Origin: an uncultured Gemmatimonadales bacterium | Lineage (GTDB): Bacteria > Gemmatimonadota > Gemmatimonadetes > Palauibacterales > Palauibacteraceae | Reading direction: 5' to 3' | Length of the DNA: 64,000 nt | NCBI GenBank assembly: GCA_963783385.1 | Contig: CAWANJ010000009.1 | Span: 640,001-704,000, forward strand | Part shown: positions 31,392 to 42,875 of the stretch, one piece after another | Layout of the letters: each line of letters starts with the position of its first letter | Position numbering within the stretch: the first letter of the stretch is position 1 | The notes under the pieces: model-generated | What the model was told of the DNA's origin: nothing | Database searches by the model: none | Seen by the model: the letters and a program-made list of their open reading frames with translations, nothing else | Translations under genes and position numbers: made by a program

Positions 31392-33767
31392 AACGCGGCC
31401 CTGCTCAGGCGAGCGGCCGCGCAGGCCGCCTGCCCGTAGGACAGCCCCCCATCGTTGGGCGGAAAGGCCCCGGGGACCAGGGGCCGCAGGCCGGCCTCCG
31501 CGAGCAGAACCGCCGAGCGCTCCAGGAGCCGCACGTTCTGGAACACACCGCCCGACAGGACCACGCTCTGCAGGCCGCGGCGCGCGGCCTCGGCGCCGCA
31601 CGCCTCGGCCGTCCCGCGAGCGACTCCCTCGTGGAAGCGGGCGGCTACGTCCGGCACCGGCTCGCCACGCTCCAGGTCCGCGAGGAGCGCGCGCAGCGTG
31701 GCGCGCGCGTCCAGTAGCCCGGTGCCATCCGGGCCCTCGACGTAGGGGAGAGGGTACGGCCGGTCGCGCATCCCCGGCGCCGCCTCGCTCGCCGCCATCT
31801 CGAGCTCGATGGCCGCCTGCCCCTCGTAGGTGACCCGGAGCCGCACCCCGCACAGGGCCGAGGCCGCGTCGAACAGCCGCCCCATGCTGGTCGTGACCGG
31901 CGAGGCGAACCCGCTGCGGGCCAGACGGGCTACGTTCCTCCACTCGGTCTCGTCCACGCGGCCCTCGAAGACGGAGGGCAGGCCGGGAGCCGGCCCCGCC
32001 CGCCCAGCGTCCTCCAGCTCGCACAGCCACGCGCAGGCCATGCGCCACGGCTCGCGGATGGCGGCCTCGCCCCCGGGGAGCCGCACCGGCCAAAGGTGAC
32101 CCACCCGCTCGGAGTCGGCGAGGTCTCCCAGCAGGAGCTCGCCGCCCCACACCGTTCCGTCCGTGCCGAACCCCGTGCCGTCGAAGATCGCCCCGAGGGC
32201 CGGGCCCCGCTCCCCGTGCTCGGCCAGGCAGCCCACCAGGTGCGCGTGGTGGTGCTGGACGCCCACGAGCTCTGGGCCCGGGCGGCCAATCCCCCCGCGC
32301 GCCGCCCGCTCCCTGGCGTAGCGCGTGGACAGGTACTCGGGATGCAGGTCGTGCACGATCACCTCGGGCTCGACCTCGAACAGCCGCTCCAGGTGGGCGA
32401 TGCCCTCCTCGTAGGAGAGGAGCGTCTCGTAGTTCTCGAGGTCGCCGATGTGCGGGCCCACCCAGATCCGGCCGCCCCGGGCCAGCGAGAAGGTGTTCTT
32501 GAGGTGCGCGCCGCACGCCACCAGCGGACGAGGCGTCGGCACCGGGAGCTCGGCCGGGGCCGGCACGAAGCCCCTCGAGCGCCGCAACATCATCGGACGT
32601 CGTTCGCCCATCACGGTCACGACGCGCATCACGGAGTCGTCGGTGCGCGTCTCGATGGGCCGATCGTTCAGCAGGAAGAGGTCGGCGATGTCGGCCAGCC
32701 GCCGCAGGGCTTCCTCGTCGCGGTAGCAGATGGGCTCGTGCGAGACGTTGCCGCTCGTCATGACGAGCGGCACGCCTGCGTCGGCCAGCAGCAGATGGTG
32801 GAGCGGCGAATACGGAAGCAGCACGCCCAGGTCGTGGTGCCCGGGCGCCACCGCCTCGGCCACGGCCGCCCCCTCCCGCCTCCGGGCCAGCACGATGGGC
32901 CGCTCGATGCCGGCGAGGAGCGCGGCCTCCTCCTCGCCCAGCTCGACCAGCTCGCGCGCCGCATCCAGGTCCGGGACCATGAGCGCGAACGGCTTGTCCT
33001 CCCGGTGTTTGCGGCCCCTGAGCCGCGCCACGACCGCTTCATCGTCGGCCCGGCAGGCCAGGTGGAAGCCCGCCCAGGCCCTTCACGGCCACGATGGCGC
33101 CCTCGAGCAGGGCGCTCGACCGCCGCCTCGACGGGGTCGCGGGCCTCGCCGGCGGGCACCGCTCGGCCGGCCGCGTCGGTCAGGAGTCACCGACGGACCG
33201 CAATCCGGGCAGGCGTTGGGCTGGGCGTGGAAGCGCCGGTTCGACGGGGTCCTCGTACTCGGCCCGGCAGGCGCTCGCACATCACGAACGAGGCCATCGT
33301 CGTCTGCGGACGATCGTACGGGATTCCGCGCACGATGGTGAACCGCGGGCCCGCAGTTCGTGCAGTTGATGAACGGGTAGCGGTAGCGGCGGTCGGCGGG
33401 GTCGAACAGCTCGCGTAGACAGTCCGTCGCAGGTGGCCGTATCGGGCGAGACCTGCGCCGTGGGCGCTCCGCCCGGATCGCTCGACCGGATCTCGAACCG
33501 GCGGGCGGCCTCGGGGGCCAGGTCCCGGAACTCGAGTCGCTCGATGCGGGCCAGGGGCGGCGCCTCGGCCGGCAGGCGCTCGACGAAGCGGCCGACGGCC
33601 CCGGCGATCCCTCGACCTCGATCTGCACGCCGCGTGCGTCGTTCAGGACCCAGCCCGCCAGTTCGAGCTCCGCGGCCAGCCGGTACACGTAGGGCCGGAA
33701 CCCCACGCCCTGCACGGTGCCCGTCCACGCGTACGGCAACGACGCGGAGGTCGACGAAGTCGCTCAT
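31367..33767 (-). CDS. hypF: Carbamoyltransferase HypF (several frameshifts in the 5' 700 bp)
   Basis: [10 protein letters not shown] acylphosphatase domain; [12 protein letters not shown] and [13 protein letters not shown] Zn fingers; [30 protein letters not shown]. Confidence 0.92.
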
Positions 33768-33854
33768 AGGGGAAAACGTAGCTGGGTCCCGCCGCTCGGG
33801 CACCGGCCGTGGATCGTACCCGGCGCCACCGGGCACCGCGGCTCCGCGGCCGTC

Positions 33855-34492
33855 TCACGCCTCCGCGGCTCCGTCGACCGACCGGAGGCGGCGGAGGACC
33901 GTCCGCGGGAACGGCCGCCGCCCGCTCCCGTCCGGGAGCAGGTGGTCCTCGGGAAGGCTCAGCGTCCTGTCGACGAGCTTGTCGATCCCCTCCACCGTGA
34001 TCGCGAGCTGCCCGGTGTCGAGCACCTCGATCCAGCCGTGCTGCCGCATGTACCAGAGGGGAAACTGGAGGTGCTCGTTCGGGACGCCCAGCATGCGCTC
34101 GAGCGTGAGGACCCCCATCCCGCCCGACTCCGGGTCCCGCCTGCCGCTCCACGTAGAGCAGCGACAGGACCGCGTGCAGCGTCCGGCGGTCCTCCTCCCG
34201 GCCATCCGCGGCCGACTGCTGGTCGTAGATCTTCCACTGCAGCGTCCGCACCTCGTCGTAGGTCACGTCGTAGGCGGCCCGACGCTCCGGATCCGACAGC
34301 ACCTCGTAGGCGGCGTGCACCCGGCCGAACTTTTCACTGTCGCCCGTGGCCGCGTTGTCCGGGTGGTAGCGCTTGGCCAGGAGCCGGTAACACGCGTTCG
34401 ACCGTCTCCGCGCCGGCGCGAGGGCTCAGCTGCAGGACTTCGTAGTGGTCGACGAACGGCTGCTCCAAATCAGCCTCCTGGATCGAGGACAT
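33855..34492 (-). CDS. J-domain protein with a probable C-terminal winged helix (frameshifts near 34390 and 34140)
   Basis: [32 protein letters not shown]; C-terminal [27 protein letters not shown]. Confidence 0.8.
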
Positions 34493-34519
34493 GTGCGCGA
34501 GTGGGGACGACCGGTCCAG

Positions 34520-34603
34520 TGCCGGAGGTGGGATTCGAACCCACAAGGGCTTTCGCCCAACGGATTTTGAGTCCGTCGCGTATGCCAGTTCCGCCACTCC
34601 GGC
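34520..34603 (-). tRNA. tRNA-Leu(CAA)
   Basis: GCCGGAG acceptor, ACGGA-CTCAAAA-TCCGT anticodon arm, long variable arm GGGCGAAAGCCC, GGTTCGAATCC; CCA not encoded. Confidence 0.97.
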
Positions 34604-34803
34604 GCCGCGCCGCCGCCGGAGCGGGGGCCGCGACGGCCCGCCTGTCGGCGGACCGCACCCCGAAGATAGAGGCCCGACCCCGCGTCCACACCCCCGCTCC
34701 GACGGACCGCCGGACCGCTTCCCGGAGCGTGGGGGCGGTCCGGGTACACTTCATACGTTTGACAGCATTTCTGTATAGTTGTAATAAAGTACGATCGCTG
34801 TAT

Positions 34804-37800
34804 TCATATGATGCTCTTTCTAGTCACGATCCACCGGTAGGCGACCGGGATGGCGACCAGCACGAACAGGGTGCTGGACAGGAGGCCGCCGATCGTGGCC
34901 AGGGCGAGCGCGTTCCAGATGTTCGAGTCCTGGCTCCCGGCGAACAGGACGAGCGGCAGGAGGCCGAGGACCGTCGTGGCTGTGGTCATGAGGATGGGGC
35001 GCACCCGCTCCAGCGTGCCGCGCAGGATGGCCTCGCGGGTGCCCAGCCCCTCCCGCTCCCGGAGCTCCCCGATGTGGTAGACGACCAGGATGGCGTTGTT
35101 CACCACGATCCCGGTCATCATGATCGTCCCAATGTAGGCCGTGCGCGTGAACGAGGCGTCCGTGTAGAAGAAGACGAGGAACACCCCGATGAGGGCGAGC
35201 GGCAGGGTGAGGAGCACCACGAAGGGCGCCGCCAGCGACTCGAACAGGGCGGCCGTGGTCATGTAGATGAGGAGCACGGCGAAGCCGAGGGCCAGGTAGA
35301 CCTCGCCCTTCTGCTCCGAGGAGAGCCGGAAGGGCTCCTGCTTCTCGATCCGGTAGCCGGGCGGGAGCCGCATCGCGTCCAGCACCGCGTCCCGCTCCAC
35401 GTCGCCGAGCTTGCGGGGTCCGCGGAACTCCCACGCCACGGTGCGCCGGTACTGCTGGTCCTCGCGGACGATCCGCGCCAGGACCTCCTGCCGCCGCACG
35501 GTGGCCACGTCCCCCACATCGGCCTCGCGGCTCCCCGCCCCCCTCACCCGCAGCCCTTCCAGCCCCCGGACGTCGAGGTCCTGGTAGCCGGCCAGCTTCA
35601 CCTCGAGCGGGTACTCCCGGTCCCCCACGTGCACCTGTCCCCCCAGGGCGCCCCCCGGCGCGCTCCCGCTCACGTCGGCGCTCACGTAGTCGAGGAGGTC
35701 CTTCACGGACAGCCCGTAGCCGGCCAGGGCCGCGCGGCGCGGCGCGAGGGCGTACTCGAAGGCCCTGTCCTGCTCGTACCAGGCGCCGCTCGAGTTGGGA
35801 TCCACGTTGCGGATGCGGCTGAAGTGCTTCAGCCGCGCGGCGAGCTGGTCGGCGTAGTCCCGGAGGGCCAGGTAGTTGTAGCCGTACAGGTTCACCGAGT
35901 AGTTGGGGGGAGAGCCGCCGCCCCCGTAGAAGCTGGGCCCGTAGCCGTATACCCGGACGTCCACGCCGGAGAAGCCGTAGCTGTAGGCCACCATGCGCTG
36001 CTTGATGGCCACCGGCACCTGCGTGCGCTCCAGCGCCTTCGGGAAGGTGACCTTGATGAAGGCGTACTGGGGAAGGACGGTCGTCTCGTACCGCTTCACC
36101 TCGGGGAGCGTGGCGAGCTTCGCCTCGAACGAGCGGGTCAGCGCGTCGGTCCGCTCCAGGCCGGCTCCGCGCGGGAAGGTGATCTGGATCGAGATGTACG
36201 TCTGCTGGCCGAAGTAGCTGCTCCAGGTGATGCCCCGGGTGACGTGCGCGTCGAACAGCTTCCAGCTCCCCCACAGCGCCCCCGCGCACACGAGCACGAC
36301 CAGAACGGGGTGGTCCAGGGCCCCGGAGAGGAGCGCCCGGTAGCCGCGCACGTAGAAGGGAGAGGGCCGCCGGCCGGCCGGGCGCGGCGCGCCCTCGGCG
36401 CGCTCGTGCCTCCCGCCGCGTCGCGCCCGCCGCCCCGGTCGGGCCGGCCGTAGCCGTGCCGGGCGCCACGTCCCTCGCCGCGCTCCCCCGCCCTTCCCTC
36501 CAGCCTCCCAGCCGCGCCGCCATGGCGGGCACGAAGGTGAAGGCCACGAACAGGCTGGCCACGATCGAGAAGCCGACGGCGAAGGCGAGCGGCACGTAGT
36601 AGAGCCGGAGCTCCCCCTGCAGGAACAGGAAGGGGACGAGCACGATGGCCGTGGTGGCGGTGGAGGCGACCACGGGGAGGACGACCTGCCGGGCGCCCCG
36701 GATGGCCGCCTCGAGCCTCCCCTCTCCCGCCTCGCGCCGGCGCTCGACGTTCTCCAGCACCACGATGCCGTTGTCGACCACCAGCCCGAAGCCCCACGCC
36801 AGTCCGGCCAGGGTGAGGACGTTGAGGGAGAAGCCTCCCAGGTAGAGGCCGTTGACGGCGGCCAGCACGCTGAACGCGATCGTCCCGAACACGGTGAGCA
36901 CCGCCCCCAGCGAGCGCAGGAACAGCATGAGGACGAGGAAGATCACCGCGGCCGCGGCCAGCGCGCGCAGCCGGAGGTCGGAGAGCTGCGCCTTGATGTC
37001 CTGGCTCTGGTCCTGGTCCAGCTCCAGCGAGGCCCCGGGCGGGAGGAGCGTCGCGGAGCGAGTCCACCTCCGCCTTGACCCGGTCGGCCACGTCGATGGC
37101 GTTGGAGCCCGCCTGCCGGCCCACCTGGAGCGAGACGGTGGGCTGTCCGTCGATCCGGTGGTAGCTGGTGGCCGGCTCCTCCTCGAGGCGCACGCGCCCG
37201 ATGTCCCGGAGGCGCACGGCTCCCTGCGGGCGCGGGAGGACGACCAGCTCCTCGAGGTCGGCGACCGAGGCCGCGCGGGAGCGGATCGACAGGTCCAGGC
37301 GCCGGCCGGAGAGCACGACCGAGCCGGCCGGGCGGGCCTGGTCCAGGGCCAGGAGGCGGGAGCGCACCGCATCGGGCGTGAGCCCGTAGCCGGCCAGCCG
37401 GTCGGGGTCCAGCTCGACGGACAGCACCCGCCGGCGCCCCCCGGTCACCCGGGCGAAGGAGACGCCGTCCATGGACAGGAGCCGCGGCCGGACCTGGTCG
37501 CGCACGGCCTCGGCCAGGCGGGTGGCCGTGTAGGGCCCCCGGACCTGCCAGGAGAGGAAGGGCCGGGTCTGCTGGGAGAACTCGTCCGGCACGTAGGGCT
37601 CGACCGAGGTCGATGGCCCCGGCCGGGAGCTCGTCGTGGAGCGCGGCGACCCGTTCGCCCATGTCGAGCCGCGCGAACTCCATGCGGGTGCCGCGCGCGA
37701 ACTGCACGTCGATCTGGGCCGACGACCCGGTGCCCCGCGGGTCGGCCCGCGAGGTCGAGGTCACCTTGCGCACCCCACCCACCTGCTGGGCCGCCTCCTC

Positions 37801-37995
37801 CAGCGGCGCGGTGACCTGCGACTCGAGCAGCTCCGGCGAGGCGCCCGCCCAGCTCGCGGTCACGGTGAGGCGCGGGTAGCTCACCTCGGGCAGGAGCTCG
37901 ATCGGGATGAGCCGGAAGCTGTAGGCGCCCAGCGCCAGGAGGGCCGCGTACAGCGCCGCCGTGGCCACCGGCCGCCGGACCGAGAGCTCGATCAC
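34804..37995 (-). CDS. RND transporter permease subunit 2 (frameshifts near 37610, 37050 and about 36400)
   Basis: SVRRPVAT, ELLPEVSYP, GLVVDNGIVVLENV, FES...PFVVLLTLPL, GIVVNNAIL, RVRPILMTT. Confidence 0.9.
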
Positions 37996-38010
37996 GCGTG
38001 AGCCTGGCGG

Positions 38011-41000
38011 TCACGCACGGGAGCCATCGGCCGGACCGGCCGGGCCGGCGGCGACACCCGTGGGGGCCACGCCCTCCCCCCGCCCCGCCACCAGCGAGTA
38101 GACGACCGGCACCACGATCAGGGTGAGGAGGGTCGAGGCGGTGAGCCCGCCGATCACGGCCACGGCGAGGGGCGCCCGCAGGTCCGCCCCGGCGCCCCAG
38201 CCGAGCGCCATGGGGAGGAGCCCGAACACCGTGGTCACCGTGGTCATGACGATGGGCCGCAGCCGCAGCCGGCCCGCCTCGAGGATGGCCGCCCGCAGGG
38301 TGAGCCCGGCGGAGCGCCGCTGGTTGATGAAGTCCACCTTGACGATGGCATCGTTCACCACGATGCCGATGAGGATCACGAGCCCGATGCCGCTCATCAC
38401 GTTGAGCCCGTCGCGGGCCACCCACAGGGCCGGCACCGCCCCGATGGCGGCCAGCGGCACGGCGATGAGCACGACGAGGGGCTGGCGCACCGACTCGAAC
38501 TGGGCGGCGAGGATGAGGTAGACGAGGAGGAGGGCGAGCCCGAACGCGAACAGGAGGGAGCGGAAGCTCGCGCGCATCTCCTCGTTCTCTCCCCCACCCG
38601 CACGCTGATCCCGGACGGAGCGTGCAGGCTCGCCAATCGGCTCCGTGCCTCCCCCACCGCGCGCGACAGCCCCGTCCCGGTCACGTCGGCCAGGACCTGG
38701 ACCGTACGCGCCTGGCCGTCGTGACGGATCTCGACCGGCGCGTAGTCGCGGTGCGCCCGCACCAGGGCCGAGAGCGGCACGCCTCCCACCGTGAGGCCGA
38801 GCACGTCGGGGAGGTCGGTGCGCGCGGCGGCCGGAAGCACCACCCGGATCCCGATCTTGCGGGAGAACTCGCTGTAGGGCCGGGTGGTCTGCGCGCCCCG
38901 CAGGTAGGCCTCCACCTGGTCGGCCACCTGGCGCACGGTGAGCCCGTAGCGGGCCACCGCGTCCCGGTCGATGTCGACGGCCAGCTCGGGCTGGGTGCGG
39001 CGAAGGTCGACGCGCGGGTCCGCGAAGTGCGGGCTCCCGGCCAGCCGCGCCCGCGCCGACTCGGCCACGGCCACGAGCTCGTCCAGCCGCTCGCCCTTCA
39101 CCTGGACGGCCAGGTCCGCCTCGCCGGCGCCCAGCGCCCGCCCCAGCGAGCTGGCCCGGCCCGTCTCGAAGGACACGTAGCGCGGGTCGACGCCGGCCGC
39201 CGCGATCCGGCGCCGCACCGAGGCCACGACGTCGCGGGCGGGCGGAGCCCCGGAGGCGAGCTGCACCTCGAGGGCCGCCGTGCTCACGCCGGACAGCTCG
39301 GTGGCCGCGACCTCGGAGCTCCGGGCCCGGCCGACCCGGGAGAACACGCTCTCGACTCCCCTCGTGTCCCGAAGGACGCCCTCGATGCGGGCCGCCGTCC
39401 TCGACGTCACCGGGAGGGGCGTGCCGGTCGGGAGCTGGAGGTCGACGCGGAAGGCGCCCTCGTTCACCCGCGGCATGAGGCTGCGCGGCAGCGTCTCCCC
39501 CAGCAGCACGGCCGCCACCAGGAGGCCGGCCGTCCAGCCGAGGACGACGCCGCGGTGCTCGAGCGACCACTCCAGGGCCGCCTCGTACCGGGCCGCGAAG
39601 CGGCGAAAGCGCCGGTCGAACGCCTCGAACACCGGCCTGGTGACCCGCGAGACGGCTCGCCCCGACGCATGGAACAGCTCCCGGTAGCTGTCCCGCACCG
39701 ACCCGCCCACGAAGCGGAGGCCGCGTGCGGCGGCCCGGCCCGCCGCATCGCTCCATCGCGCCACGACGCGGATCCCCCGGAAGATGCGTCCCCCCGGCGC
39801 GGGGAGCCGGCCCGGGGGCGGCGACCCGCCGCCCCCGGCGCTGCCGGCCGGCGGCGGCACGGGAGTTCCCGCCGTCTCCCGCGTCCCGGCACGACCGGCC
39901 GACCCCGGCCGCCCCGTCCGCGGGGCGGCCGCTCGCCGAACCGGGCCGCCATCACCGGGAGGAGGGTGAGGGCCACCAGGAGGGAGGCGAGGAGCGAGAA
40001 GGCCACGGCCAGCGACAGGTCGCCGAACAGCGCCCCCGCCACCCCCTTCACGTACAGGACCGGCCCGAACACGGCCACCGTGGTCAGCGTGGAGGCCGTG
40101 ATGGCGCCGGCCACCTCGCTGGCCCCGCGCGAGGCCGCCCGGCTGGGCGCCGGCCCCCTCCTCCTCCCGGTGCCGGAACACGTTTTCCAGCACGACGATC
40201 GAGTTGTCGACCAGCATCCCGACCCCGAGCGCCAGGCCGCCCAGCGACATGACGTTGAGGCTCACGTTCGCGAAATAGCACAGCGCGAACGCGGCCAGCA
40301 CCGAGATCGGGATCGAGAGGCCGATGGCCACCGGGTAGCGGGGATCCCGCAGGAACAGGAACAGGACCAGGAAGGCGAGCAGCCCGCCGAGGAGGAGCGA
40401 CTGCACCACGTTGGAGATCGCCTGGCGGATGAACACCGCCTGGCTCGAGGCCACGGTCAGGTGGATCCCCGGGATACTCGGAGCGGAGCTGGTCCAGCGT
40501 GGCCCGCACCTGGCCCGCCACCCGCACCGTGTTGGTGCCCGACTCCTTGTAGACCTGGAGGCCGATGGCCGGCTGGCCGTCGAAGCGCGACACCGTCTGC
40601 GCGTCGGCCACCGTGTCGAGCACGGTGGCCACCTGGTCGAGCCGCACCGCGGCCGGCGTCCCCGCGGAGCCGCCCCGGCCGCCGCTTCCCGGCCGGCCGC
40701 TCCCCGCCGCGCCGCTCCCGCGGCCCGCGGCTCCGCCTCCGGGCCCTCCCTCCGGGCCCACGGTCACCTCACGGAGCTGGTCCACGTCGGTGAACTGGCC
40801 CACGGTGCGCAGGCTGTACTGGAAGCGGCCCCGCCGGATCATGCCGCCGGGGGCGCTGTAGTTGGCCTGGTCCAGCGCGCTCGTGATGTCGGAGAGCGAC
40901 AGGCCGTGCGCCTGGAGGCGGCCTGGATCCACCACGACCCGGAGCTCCCGCTCGGGCGCCCCCGTCACGGCCGCCAGCGCCACCCCGTCCAGCTGCTCGA

Positions 41001-41487
41001 GGCGCCGCTTGAGCACCGTCTCGGAGAGCTGCGCCAGCGGCTCCAGCCCCTCGCCGGTGACCGCCACCGTGAGGATCGGGTCGCTGGTCGGGTCCGAGGT
41101 GAGGATGTCGGGCCGGTCGGCCGTCTCGGGGAGCGAGTTCCGGAGGTCCTCGAGCTGCTCGCGCACGTGCAGGGCGGCGAATTCCATGTCCGTCCCCCAC
41201 CCGAACTGGAGCCGCACGAGGGACTGGCCCTCGCGGGAGGTCGAGGTGACCCGGCGCACGCCCGGCACCCGGCCCAGCTGCTCCTCGATCGGGTCGGTCA
41301 CGTAGCGCTCCACCTCCGTCGGACCCGCCCCCCGGTAGGTGGTCCACACCGACAGCGTCGGGAAGGCGATGTCGGGGAGGAGGTCGATCGGGAGGCGCAC
41401 GAAGGAGACGATCCCGAGGACGGCCACGGCCACGTAGAACATCGACGTGGCCACCGGCCGCCGGATGGAGAGCTCCGGGAGGCTCAC
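38011..41487 (-). CDS. RND transporter permease subunit 1 (frameshifts near 40460, 40140 and 38590)
   Basis: SIRRPVAT, DLLPDIAFP, GMLVDNSIVVLENV, AQFES, GIVVNDAIV, RLRPIVMTT. Confidence 0.9.
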
Positions 41488-42875
41488 CGGCCGCCGCCCA
41501 CCAGCGCCTCGAGCCTGGCCCACGCCACCCGCGCGTCGTGGAGCTCCTGGGCGACGGCACGGTCGGCCGAGGTGGCCTGGTCGATCACCGACTGGAGTTC
41601 GATGAAGTTGAGCGTGCCCAGACGGAACTGTTCCCGGGCCAGCGCGACCCGCTGGCGCGACAGTTCGGCCACCTGTCGCTGGAGCCCCAGCCGATCCTGC
41701 CGGCGCTTGACCTCGGCCACCAGGTTCCGCACGTCCCGCTCGATCTCGTGGGACTTCTGGGCGTGGCTGGCCAGGGCCTGGTTCTCCGCCACGGCGGCCT
41801 GGGCGGCCTGCTGGTGGCGCGTAAAGCCGTTGAACAGGTTCCAGCGCGCCGACACGAAGAAGCCGTTGCTGTGGTCGCTGGGATTGAACGTGAAGAAGCT
41901 TCCCGACGGACCCAGCGCCTCGGAGCGCGAAAGATCGAGGCCCACGCTGATCGTGGGCAGGTACTGGCTGCGCGCCGACCACTCCCTGGAACTGGCGGCC
42001 GCTGCGTCGGCCTTGAAGGCGAGCAACGCCGGGTTCTCGCCGAGCGCCCGCCGAACGAGCGCGTCCGCATCGAGGGAATCGGCGTCCGGCAGCGAGCCGA
42101 CGTCGTGGAGGGCGATGCCCACGGGCAGCGTCCCGGGTCGACCCATGTCCACTTCCAGCTTCCTGACCGCGTCGCGGGCCGCACCGCGCGCGTCGGCCAA
42201 CGCCAGCTCCGCCTGACGCACCTGGACCTGCGCTCCGAGCAGATCGCTGCGGTCCACGGCTGCGATCTGGTACCGCCTCCGCGTCACGTCGAGGTCCTGG
42301 CGGCGCGCCTCAAGCTGGGCGGCCGCCATGTCGGCCAATCGCTGCTCGAGCAGGGCGGCGAAGTAGGACTGCTTCACGGTCGAGACCGCCGTCCGCTCCG
42401 CGTCAGTGAGCCGGAGTCCGGCGGCCCGACCCTCCGAGGCCGTCGCCCCGAGCTCGGCGAACCGTCGTCCACCCCGCAGGAGGTCCAGGCTGAACGAGAG
42501 ACCCTGGGAAGAGAACTGGGTCACCGAACTCACGTTCTGGGCGACCCGCCCCGGCACGCCAAGAGAGTCCTGGAAGGTCGCCCTCGTGGCACTGGTGCGA
42601 CTCAGCCTCAGATCGGCGGTGGCCGTCGGCAGGAACGCCCCCCATGCGGCCAGGCGGTCGGCGGCGGCACCGGACAGTGCGGCGCGCTTCGAGGCAATGT
42701 CGGGACTCTTCTGCAGCGCCCCCTGGATGGCGGCGCCCAGGGTCAGCGTGTCGGCGGGCGCCGAGCCCGAGTCGGCCACCGTCGGGGCCAGGCCCGGCGT
42801 ACCTTGCTGAGCGCTCACCGGCGCCGACAGGAGGAGGAGCGCGAGCCACGGCGCCACGGCGCTCCTCCTGGTCAT
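41484..42875 (-). CDS. TolC family outer-membrane factor
   Basis: Signal peptide, LTLGAAIQGALQKSP, duplicated OEP repeats (FLPT/YLPT), WNLFNGF. Confidence 0.92.
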   Translation of the reverse strand: MTRRSAVAPWLALLLLSAPVSAQQGTPGLAPTVADSGSAPADTLTLGAAIQGALQKSPDIASKRAALSGAAADRLAAWGAFLPTATADLRLSRTSATRATFQDSLGVPGRVAQNVSSVTQFSSQGLSFSLDLLRGGRRFAELGATASEGRAAGLRLTDAERTAVSTVKQSYFAALLEQRLADMAAAQLEARRQDLDVTRRRYQIAAVDRSDLLGAQVQVRQAELALADARGAARDAVRKLEVDMGRPGTLPVGIALHDVGSLPDADSLDADALVRRALGENPALLAFKADAAAASSREWSARSQYLPTISVGLDLSRSEALGPSGSFFTFNPSDHSNGFFVSARWNLFNGFTRHQQAAQAAVAENQALASHAQKSHEIERDVRNLVAEVKRRQDRLGLQRQVAELSRQRVALAREQFRLGTLNFIELQSVIDQATSADRAVAQELHDARVAWARLEALVGGGR

